DNA of 64,000 bases, taken from assembly GCA_964187785.1 (NCBI GenBank), contig OZ076415.1:48794001-48858000 (forward strand), written 5' to 3'. This DNA comes from Amphiscolops sp. MND2022. Lineage: Eukaryota. A program made the translations under genes and the position numbers. This document shows positions 12,801-24,800 of the stretch, piece after piece (the stretch's first letter is position 1; each line of letters opens with the position of its first letter). The notes under the pieces are model-generated. The model did no database searches and was not told the origin of the DNA. It saw only the letters and a program-made list of their open reading frames with translations.

Positions 12801-15800
12801 GTTTCCTTGAAACTTGTGAAATGTGGGAGAGAATCCAAAATCGATAGAACTGATAAAATGATATTGGTCAAGGCCAACACGATTGCAACTGCACTAAGGA
12901 ATTGAATTTTGTTTGAAGGTTTCGGTGACATCATTTTCGCTGTGTTTTCGAATATTTCTTTTAGTTTTTAAAAAACCAAATCAGGGAGTAGTAAAATCAA
13001 CCTGCTTAAGTGAAGGAAGATGCAGAACTTTATGAAGCACTGGAGGCAATTGAATGAAATGATTTCATTCGAAGAACAGAAGTGATAAAAGGCAAACAAA
13101 GGCGCCAACACCAGATTAGTGAGAGCCAACGCCAATTAAAACCAGTAGACAGGTACTTTGAACTCAAATCAAGAAATTGCCAGATTTAAAGCGTACAATT
13201 CATATCAATTCTAAAAAGTGACAACTCATATCAAGCGATAACACATACCAAGCGATAACACATACCAAGCGATAACTCAAATGATGAAAATTAAAATCTA
13301 TATAAGAAAATTTATTCCAAATAATTCATAAGATAATTAGAGAAAATTAGATAATTGACAAGTAATTATTAGAGATTATAACTCATATCAAGCGATAACA
13401 TATCTCACAGCCATAACTCATTTTTTAAATTGAATATGAGTTGTCGCTATACTGATTTAAAAGTCACGAAGACTACAGGTAATTTTTGTTTGCCTTTGCT
13501 TACTTTTTTGCAATTCGAAAGTTCGTTATATGCTAAGCACTTTTTGACTGACAGCTCAATTAGGATTTACACTTCGTTTCAAGACACCACTTTATGTTTT
13601 GTTTAACCATATTTGATCGTGTTAATAAACCGTGAAAACTTGCTTGACCTTGAACAACAACTAGTACTACAAAATGACCCAAAAACAGTAACTGCTCGCA
13701 AAAAGAAGCTACAAGGTAACCAAAAAAGACGGAACGCAAAAAATGGCGCTCGCAAAGTTTCAACGTTGCTGTCAATTATTCAAATTAGTTTCTTTCAGAA
13801 AGGAAAAAGTTTTCACACATTAAAAGTTAGAACGAAATGACTGGGCAAGGCGTTTAAATGCATTCTTTTGTATGGTTTGAACCACCCTTAGTTGAAAATG
13901 AAATATGAGCTTTAATCAACATGATTGACAGAACAATTGAAAGATTTTCAGTACCTTGTTTACAAATGATACGATTTTGGAAACGCAATTGTTTGTGTAT
14001 TCCGTTTTTTGGTTAACCTAGTGAACTAGAAGCATTCCAAGTTTTTATTACACGAGAGCTCCATCTTGAATGATTGAAAAGTTTTCGATGTCTTATTTAC
14101 AAATTTTACGATTGCTTGTTTCGAAGGAATTTAGTGTTTTAGTGTAACGAAACGCATAAATTAGTTCCGATTTTTTTTCTGGGATACCTGCAAGGGGCTA
14201 AGAGCTTTAGTAAAGAGTTTTGAGGGCATTTCAAATCAATGATGAAACTTCTCAACATCTTGTCAAAATATCCAGGCCCATCAATGGGACGCCTTTGACA
14301 GAGAACTTTCAGACTTCAAAACATGCCCGTAGACGTTTGGGATCTCAGTAATGATCTCAGTTTGGGATCTCTCACGCCCATGTGATCTCAGTACGCGGAG
14401 GGAAAATCTCCAAAGCTTTCCAGATGATCACAGCGAGAAAATTGAAGTTTAAAAATACAATGAGAATAATCAGGTACTAAATATACAATCAAGAGAAACA
14501 TGTTATTTGATGACTAACTTCGTCAAGGGTGAAATACCTGCCCCTGCCGGGTATGGGGGCACAGTGAGTGAAGGTCACACTGCGAGTGAGGGGGTAGAAC
14601 CTCATTTTTGTCACTAACGCACTGTGTTTGCGGGGCAACTCCACTTCGTCGTTGGAAAAGGGAGTTTCTGCCATCATTGCCTGCAAAAGTTTATGGTGAA
14701 AGATTGTTTGTGTTACACGGTAAATCTTTTATCTGAAACCTGGAACGTTTCAAACAAGTCACCAAATGAGGTACCATACCCAACGATCAAAGACACGCTA
14801 CGCTTGCCAAGATCATGGTTAATCTTGCTAAATCATGGTTATTGCAACTATATTGACCGTTTTAGTAAGATGATTTTCGGAACTAGTTATGATGATTGCT
14901 GAATAATAATCGTTCAAATATTTGAATAATGAAACATTTGTGTCTGTTTCTGTAAGTTTGGCAGTTTTGAAGAAACGTGAAAATGAGAATTCTGTTCTTC
15001 AGAGCAAAAGCACGTTTCAAAGTTTCATGTAATCGAAAAACAAAATGTTTGGATCCAGAATGGTGTTTTTTGTTTTGATTCAATTATTGTCTGGAATTTT
15101 TGATTAGGATAAAATATAACATTTGAAAAACCATGAAAATGAATAGTCCTTTGATATAATGTCACTGATCACTTACCTGGAAGCAAAAAAGGCCTGTTTG
15201 AAAGCGCAGCTGCAATCACAAGCAATGAACAAAGAACTACATGTTTGGTCGCTTTCCAATGTTTGAGAAATACGGGTTAGGAATTAAGGATGTACATGTC
15301 ATAATAAGCCTATGGTACAAAAGCAAAGCACCCATCGCAAATATTAATATAAAACACTTGATCTTATTATTATTATTTGAATTTTCATGTTCAATTTTTA
15401 TAAATGGACAGCTTCTCCAATTGTCATCTCATACTAGTACCAGCTGGCACTCCACGGTAATCCACAGACGGCCACCGGTGAAGAAATATTTGCCTCATGT
15501 GACATGGGGCTAGATGTCAATCAATCTCATCCAATATCTTTATTGACAGCGTAGTACCAGTCTGAAAGTATTGTAATCTAACTCTAAACGTTGACGTATT
15601 CACTTTACGTTTGAACTTTACATGGATCAGAATAGACTATTCAGCGACACTTTCGTCAAATGAATTGTTAAGATTGACATTACAACATGGCACAGTACAA
15701 AGGTAAACATCTGAAATAACCTGAGAGCACGAGTTCCTCAAATAAGGAAAGAATTGAAAGAGCGAACACAAAAGAAAAAGAAAAAACCCACCAAAAGAAA

Positions 15801-18800
15801 ACGTTACCGATGTTCGAGAATTCATGAAGGTATTCATGAAGAAAAGCTATGGTGGAGGCAAATCACTTGATATATGAAAACAACCCAAAATATAGGCCTC
15901 AGTGAAATGACAGTGAGATGATACAATCCTACAGGGACGATCTGGAAAACCGGATCAAGGATTTGTTCATTTGAGCAATAGGCAAGTCAGCGATAACGGA
16001 AAGCCAGAAACCTTTCGAGACAACGACCCAAATGAAATGGACATAAATTAATTATAATCGCTTTATTGGTTATTTTATACCGAAAGAGAACAAACTCCAC
16101 AGTGAAGCTGATTTCTTCTGATTAACAAGAGTAGAACATGAGACAGCTGACGATGTTTGGAGGAGGTTACTACAAGTGAAACAAAATGACGAATTCTAGA
16201 ACGTAACACCAGATGAATTACTAGTATCGAAGTTTCTATCCGTAACTGGCTGACCGACTGGAGTTTAGGAAATCAGAAAAAGTGACAACCATTCACACCA
16301 TAGAAACATTAATACACGAATATCTGTTGGACCGGTTAAGCGATACAAATCAAACAAACGACGGCAAAGGAAGAAAACACGTCCAAGACTGACCGTATAA
16401 AAGAAAATGATCGGAAAGTTTAGGTCAAAAAAGAAAACAAAAGACCGGAAAATGAAAAACTCAAAAAAGTAGACAACCGGTGTAGACAAAGTTGTGCACC
16501 ATGGACAAAACAGCACCAATGCCAGGCAAAAGCAGCGGAATGCAGCAAGTGCAAAAGAAGACGACCTTCGAAAAAGATGTACAGACCACTGAAAAGAGTA
16601 CAATACGGTGAAAGAACAACTTCATCAGCAAAAAAATGATCGGGAGTATACCAATGTCCAAAAGATCAACAACGACAAGCCAATGGAAGGATTTTACAGC
16701 GCAACACTATTCGCCAAAACAACCTTCCAATACGATTCATTATCGACAGTGGTTCGCCAAAGAACTTAGGGCCAGAATGCTTATTCAATGAGATAACCCA
16801 AGTCGACCCACGCCAAACCACATACAAAGATGTAGATGTAAACAATCACGAGATCGATTTCACATAACAAACAAAAGCAACAGTCGAAAGAAATAAGAAA
16901 TAATTGAGTTACCGTTACTAATAACAAAAGCACAAACTTCCCCGTTAATGGGATTGGATTGGATTAAACAACTCAATTCAAATCCATAACATGAAACTGG
17001 ACAACACGGAAAAATGAAACTCCGGAACGACTTCAATGATTTGTTCTACAACAAAAGAGAATTACAAGAACTTGTCAGTGAATGTAACTTTATAAGAAGG
17101 GGAACAAATAAAGTTACAGAAGTGCTGCCCAATTCCAATACACTTCAAAGACCAAGTTGGAAAAAAATTGACTACAACGATTATCAGAACATGGATACTT
17201 GGAAAAAGAAAAAAATAGAGGAAGTTGCTTCGTTAGCCCCGCCGTGATAACAGTGAAAACCAACAAAAATGAGAAAATTTCTTTTGAACCCAGAAAACCG
17301 AACGACGTGACAATAAAAGGAGAAGCCCAAAGGCCAAATATGAAAGAACTCATTGCATGAATATCACCAAAAACATCGTAAGGAACGGAAATCGAGATTT
17401 TACCTACAAAGCGGGAATTTGATTATGCATACAGACAAATAAAACTGAACGAAGAGGTAAAACCTATGCATGTTCACTGTTACAGGACAGGAGTTTACAG
17501 ACTGCTATCGTTTCTTGATAAGGTTTATGGACTGGCGGTTGTTCCGACCACTTTCCAGGAACGGAAAGACAGAACACCCAGCATGATTAGACGACATTGT
17601 AAATCAGAAGACAGTTGGACTATTACAAATAACACTGTTGACAAGTGGAATAGCGAGAAACAGCCAATCAGCCGATTAAACAATTACAACTGGAGAGAAA
17701 CAAGGCAGCGACGAGAAGCCAACCGTCACAACCTGAACAAAATGATTATACGATCCAAAATAGGATATCGTAAGGAAAAGAACTATTCGACTGTTCGGTG
17801 CTAGAATATAAAACGGTTTGTAATTTTATGTTAGCGTGTTCACTATACTTACTTAATTTAGCTGGAGGGAGATTGTGACATGCTAGATCTCAAACATTAT
17901 CATGCAACATCTTTATTGACAGCGTAGTGCATATCTGAAAGTATTTCAAGCTAACTCTAAACGCTGACCTATTCACCTCTCTCACAATTAAACTTTACAT
18001 TGATCAGAATAGATTTTTTAGCGAAACTTTCTTCTATTGCATTGCTAAGATTGAAATTGAAACATCTCTCTTGAAAGCTTTCCCTCGTTGGAAAATATTG
18101 TAATCTGAAACTTTTTTGTATTCATATTTCCATCGTTGGAAAAATTTATAACCTGAAATTTTTGTATTCATATTGAAGCTACGACTTTCAGTTGAAAACC
18201 CACAAAGCTTTAAGTGTTAAATCCACAAATATTTGTTTTGAGATGCAGGAATGGTCCAGACTAGCATGGATGACACTTTTTCGCACTACTGAGTGTTTTA
18301 AAATCTTATTTTTATCTGGAATTGGTCAAACTTTCAAGATAATTTCTAAGGTTGCCATCGACTCATCAAGGTTTTAGAAAACTTTAACGGGAACTTTCAA
18401 ACAAGTTTTTCGTGTTGTATCCGGCTTCTACAAAAACTAACTCGTTCGAATATCGGCGGAAGATCACAACTGTGGAATTGTGCAGAATTTAGTATGCCTT
18501 CGAACTAATTTGAAACAGAACTGCAACCTCGTCAAATTTATTGCGAGCGACTTTAATGCAAAGAAAGTTCAGTCATGGCATGAACTGTAATCTAGCGTGA
18601 TTTTCTTTCAGCTTGGTATTTGAGAAAGGGTGATTACAGCAGATGGTAGTCAGTTAGCAAAGCGAAAAAAAATTTCCACATTTATTGCAACAGCAGAAAA
18701 CTTTAAAAGGAAGCTACACGATTTTTAGTCGGCGCTTTTCGTAGAAAAACGCAGACTATAGTAGTGACTTTTCTGTTTTTCTTTTTTTTAAGATCAACGA

Positions 18801-21800
18801 AGTGACAGATTTTATAAGCTTTATAAGCTTTAAAAGCTAAGGGCCACACTAATGTAAATTGTGCATAGAGGTTAATTAGGAGTTTTTGAGGTCTGCCAAG
18901 CAAGGGCGTGGGTTCGAGTCCCGCCCTTGATCAATTTTTTTGTGCATGTTATTTCGGCTTTGTGAGACTTTTTTTCGCAAATGTCTCCAAAGGGTCCTTC
19001 CTTCAATTTTTTTCTATTTTGCAAAAGAATGGATGTTCAAAAATACAAAAGGCTCCCCATAAGCTTTAGAGCAGACTATGGTAAAGACATTTTTTATTAA
19101 GACCAACGAAGTGACAGATTTTATAAGCTTTACAAGCTGTTGCATACTAACATGTAACTTCTACCAATTGGTTCTACCAATCGGTCGCAGATTCGAGTCC
19201 CTGCTTCAGCCAGAAACGTTTTCTTGCATTAACAAAACCGGACGAGACTAAAGAACCTCGATTTTTTCGGGCTTTGTGAGCTTTTGTGAGGAACAACACA
19301 TATGCATAGCTAACGATCAGTCGGTTGTTGAGAGTAAACAAGACAGCTAAACAATTGTGTGCGCTGAATTAAACATGGCCGCGTCCAAACTAAATGAACT
19401 TATTACTGAACTAGAAAACAATGAAGAAAATTCTATTGTTAGCCAAATTTGCAGCCTTTTCCAGGCCGAATTGAAAGCCAAAGATTCTGAAATAAATTCA
19501 TTGAAAGAAGATGTTCGTTATTTATCCAAACAATTTAATGAACAAGAAAGATACAACTCCAAAAATTGCATTTTTGTTTCTAACTTACCACTTACCTCTG
19601 GTATTTCAAATTTTAAAGATGTTACTCAATTCTTGCGGGAGTATCTGGGTATCGTGGTGCAAGAGACGGACCTACAAGCGTGTCATCCATTGGGCAAGTT
19701 CACGGACCGTCGACAACCACCAAATGTATTAGTGAGATTTCTTCATTTTTACTCTAAGGACCGCATTTGGGCAAGAAAGTATCAACTCAAAGGTAAGATG
19801 AACCCTATCAATAATAAACCTATTTATCTACGGGAACGTCTTACTAAGGCAGATTCGGATTTGTTGGACTATGCAAGAGGTTTGGGTTGTGTGACTACGT
19901 CAATGAATCCTGCACCACAATTTTTGGTCAAAACGAGTTTTGGAAAAAAAAGCTCATACCGTAACTGATCAAACGGACGTAGACGAATTATTTACTGGTG
20001 AGAAAATTATTCTACGTCAAACAGGAGATCTTAAAAAAACCAGCTCAGAAACACCAAATCAATCGAAATTCGTGGAAGCTGGTTCAAAGCGGAAAAATAT
20101 GGAAAGCTCACCCGATATTGACTTTGGAGATCTAATGCAAAAACTCAAGTCTGCCAAACAAGACCCAGTGAAACTACAAGCAGTAACTAAAGAGTTTTTT
20201 ACTGATGACGTTGATGCTAAACAACAAGGCCAGAATGTTTATGGTAAACTGTAAATTGTCTATGCTCTCTAACAAACCATCTGTTGTTCATAAATTTTCT
20301 ACTTCATGACTAATGATATCAGCCAATTTGAAAGCCGGATGAATGAGGTAAATGTATTAGGTTTAAATATTAGATCCTTGGGATTCCATCATGACCAACT
20401 CAAAATACTTCTCGAAACTTTAGAGCGGAAACCTGAAATTTTGTTTTTAATAGAAACATGGTTAACTGAAAACGATCCTTTAGATGAATTGGATCTTGTT
20501 GAATACCAGCCAGTTGAATCAAAACCTCGAGAATTTTTCCAGCGCAGATCTGGAGGAGTGGCTTTTTACGTGAAAGAAGGTATCAAATACAGTAATATTG
20601 ACTTTCAAACTGAAATTGAATGTTCTGTAATACATTTAACTTTCCCTGAAAATGTTGTGAAAAATTTTTGTGCAATATATAGACCTGAAACGCTCCGTTT
20701 ATCTAATTTTTTCGCAGAATTTGAGGCTCTACTCTATTTTTTGAAGACAATAAAAGGCGAGTCAATAATTTTTGGAGACTTCAACATTGACACACTGGTA
20801 GAACATAAAACCAAAACAGATTACATCAACTTACTAACGGCTTATGATTTTCAAGTAAGTAATTCTCTACCAACGAGAGTAACACCGACATCTAAAACAT
20901 GCATTGATCATATGATCACTGAAAGAATGGTAACTACGGAAACAATACAAACAACTAATAGTGACCACTTCACGGTCACTGCAAAGATACCGGCCAATTG
21001 GAAAGAATGTACGAATATGAATATCCCATTAGTTCGCAATTTAAAAAAAATAAAAGGAGACAATGCGCTAAATTTCCTATTCTATCTGGATCAGAAACTT
21101 ACAAAAATGAATGTAACATCGGACGTTAATGCACAAATGGAAGGACTATCAGAAACTATTATGACAAGTGTAGATCATTTTGCACCGGAGAAACCTTGGA
21201 TAGGTCGTATTAAATCCGACGATTGGATTACAAACAAAGTTTAAAACGCTATTAATAAACGTAATCAACTCTTCCAGCTCTGGGTAAAACACCCTACCGA
21301 GTTAAATCGTATAAATTACAAATCAAGTCGAAATAGAGTCACGAGAATGATTAGATCGGAGAAGAAAAAAGCCAATTACAAAAAACTAGGAGTAAATCCG
21401 ACTGCTAAAACAATCTACAAAACATTAAAAACAACACAAAAACAACAAGATGTAATGAACTTTCCCAACTTGAATGTTCTGAATAATTACTTCGTATCAA
21501 TTGGACCAAAATTATCATCTAACTTTGATACCATGACAGAAAAGTGTAATATACCCGATTTTGAGAAGACAATGTCTGTACATCCTACAAATGAAAAAGA
21601 AATCTCTGAAATACTTCGAGGTTTGAAAAATAAAAAAAGCAGTGGTCATGATGGAATAAGTAATGAAAATTTGAAATGTTGTTCTCCCATAATAGAACCT
21701 TTCCTTGTCAAGATTTTCAATCAATGTTTTGAAAACTGCATTTTCCCAGATTGCTTCAAAATAGCTAAAGTACTACCTTTGTATAAGAAAGGTGACAAAA

Positions 21801-24800
21801 AAGACCCTCAAAATTACAGACCAATCAGTCTTTTGAGTTCATTGAGCAAAATTTTCGAAAAAATCATTCATAAACAAATGATGAACTTCTGTCGAACTAA
21901 CAAGTTGCTCAACCCGAGACAATATGGATTTAGAGACAAAATGTCTTGCACTGATGCGATCGCTGCCATAACTGATTTTATTAGAAACGCGATAGATAAA
22001 AAACTGACCGGGCAAGCCTGTTACATTGATCTACAGAAAGCGTTTGATACCCTTGATCATAAAATTTTGCTGAATAATATGGAAAAACTTGGATTGCGCG
22101 GAAATATCAACCATCTAATTGGCAGTTATTTAACTAATAGATGGCAATACATTAAAGCTAATAGCATGAGCACAGAAAAACTAAAATTTTGCACGGGAGT
22201 TCCCCAGGGATCCGTTCTAGGGCATTTTTTGTTTCTTCTTTACATCAATGACCTTCCAAATGTCTGCCAAAATAGTCAAATGATGATTTTTGCCGATGAT
22301 ACAACCATTATTAATGCAGGAAAACGTACTGATTCTCCAATCAAAAATGATATTGTAGCTGTTTCCAAATGGTTTAAATCTAGCAAGTTGACGATCAATA
22401 CTGATAAGTGCGAGGCAATGTTTTTTGGCTGCGGCAAGCCTGATAATTTGAACATACTGTCGAAAGAACTTGGTAACCAAAATTCATGCAAGTATTTAGG
22501 TGTTCACATAGATAAAACCTTAAAATTTAGAGAGCACATTGATCATGTGGTGAAGAAACTCAATATATTCTGCGGCTTGATGTATAGAGTAAGACATTTG
22601 TATCCTAGAAAATGCCTCCCAATGTTCTACAATTCATATGCTAAATCAGTAATAACATATGGTCTACTATTATACGGTACTGCTGCCAAATCGAATCTAT
22701 CAAAAATTGAAACTGTGCAAAGAAGAATATTGAGAGCAAGTTATTTCAAAAGAAAATCTGATTCGTTGGAAAATGTACTTGCAGACAATAAAATTCTGAC
22801 TGTGTTTGAACTTTTCATGGTAGAAATACTGAAAGAATTATTTCGTCAATCGAAGTCTGAATCACCTTGCATCCTTCTTCAAATAAACCAAAACTCCGAT
22901 CCTAAATTTCAAACAAGGTGGAATAAAAGGAACCTGTATACTCCTACATATAGCAGAACTGTTACTAATAGTAAATCTCTGACCAATTGCCTTCAAAAAG
23001 CATACAATTGGTTAAAAAACTTGGATCTTGTTCCTTCCTCACCCTGGAAAATGTCTCCACGTCAATTAAAACAGTATATACCGAAAATCACATCACTGTA
23101 TATTGTTGACAACAAACAACTATTAGAACTGTTTTATAATTCATTGAAAAAAAACCTCTACAAGCGTCATTTACCTCATTGATAACAAATCATTGGCTTC
23201 AACTTGGCATCAAGAGCGTAAACTCGAAGAGCATCCTTTTGCTCCTTTTACGTCCTCTTTGGGTGCTTCTAAATACATCTTTTTGTATTTTATTGCTACT
23301 CAATGAAATTAAATCTTATCTTATCTTTTCGAAACTTTTTTATTGTCTCCAAAGAGTTCAAAGGGTCACATTTTGGCACTATGCGGCCCACCGGAGACCT
23401 TCATAAAAAATTTTCCAATTTATTTCGTTTTTTGAAAGTCTCAAGTTGGGGAAAAAGCGTTTTTTGAGTCTTGTGCGTATACCTTGGGGCATTTTATGGC
23501 ACTGTAAATTTGATGAAATTTTAAAAAAGTCCTTTTGCGTATTTAAAAAACGTTTAATTTTTGAACCTCGAGCAGCGGTCTTTCCTTTGGTAGCGCATAG
23601 GTTCACCTATGGCCACCACAAAGTGTTTCATGGCCTCCGTAGTTGCCATTGATGGTTTCCTCTACGCTGTCAACCCGGGTTATGATTCCTAACCCTCTAG
23701 GAAACAAAAGTGTTTAAAAATGGGAAAAGTTTGTTTTGCTATCTTGAATAGTCACCATTTCGTGAGCACTGTATTTCATTGAGTTCATTTAATCAGCGAA
23801 AGATAACTTGATGGAGTTTGATTGAAATTTTCAGTACGACTTGTAAAACTTATCAATGAATGAGCCGCGAAAACGCTGTTTAATGAAAAAATCTTACCTT
23901 TGTGTTCTAAAGCTCAAAAATATACAGCGAGGAAAACAGAATGAGAAATAAAAAAGCGAGACATCTTGAGTGAATCCATTCCATCAACATTTTCTTTTTT
24001 AAATGTAGGTTTTCACGGTTGTTAAACTCTAAGTACCTCAATAAACGAATGAATTGAATTCTCGGTTTGTTTACCATGCTCTGACCTTTTAAACACTTTT
24101 TTATGATTCAAACGACCCTTGCTGAAGATACTCTTCAATATTTTGACTTCAGTTTGCTTCTTACTGAACCTGAAGGTTGATTTTCGCAACGATCTTTCCT
24201 TCAAATTGAAATTTGTATTATAATGATAACAACCAGTCATTGCGCTAAATATGAAAAAAGTGGGAGCGGAAGGTGTATGGGGAATTTCGCTCATCATATA
24301 GTTCATGTATAAAATCACTCGAGAGCCTCCAGAACAACAACCGGATTAGCCAATGCGTCCAAAGGGTCCAAAGGGTCACATTGTTGACACTATGCGACTC
24401 ACCGGAGACCTTCATCAAAATTTTTCCGAAATTTTTTGTTTTTTGAAAGTTTCAAGTTGGGGAAAAAGTGTTTTTCGAGACTTATGCGTATCCCTTGGAG
24501 CATTTTATTGGACTGTTTTAATAGCAGCTATTCAGTTTTTATTGTACGACAGTTCAGTAAGCTTAGTTTTATACTGTATTTCAATGAGAGCATCGTGGAA
24601 AGCGTGGGACATTTTTGCAAGAGCTCCCAACAGAAATAGTGTGACGTGGTTACCTTGATGAGATCTTTCTCGAGGTATTCAAGGAGGAGATAGGATAAAA
24701 ATTCGTCCCAGTCAACGGTGCCATCGCAATTGGTATCCACTTTCATGAAGATCTTCTCCAGTTCTCGATCATCGGTCGCTTCTCCTAGTACTTTCTTCAT

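Larger units (their letters stand above)
19292..23327 (+). mobile_element. Full-length CR1/L2-group LINE, copy 2 (near intact)
   Basis: ORF1 and ORF2 present. 3' UTR hairpin aagagcgtaaa...tttacgtcctctt and (ATCTT)3 tail at 23313-23327. Lies antisense in intron 2 of the WD40 gene. Confidence 0.92.
18719..23640 (-). repeat. HINE-like repeat (18719-19290 and 23328-23640) interrupted by LINE copy 2; carries tRNA-like B-box segments
   Basis: Terminal hairpin tagtcggcgctt...aaacgcagacta at 18725. ggttcgagtccc B-box at ~18911. The repeat sequence resumes after the LINE tail. Confidence 0.6.

Noticed and set aside
18860-18935. Functional tRNA gene
   Set aside because: Only a B-box/T-arm-like segment is recognisable. 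There is no convincing cloverleaf or acceptor stem, and it is embedded in a repeat.
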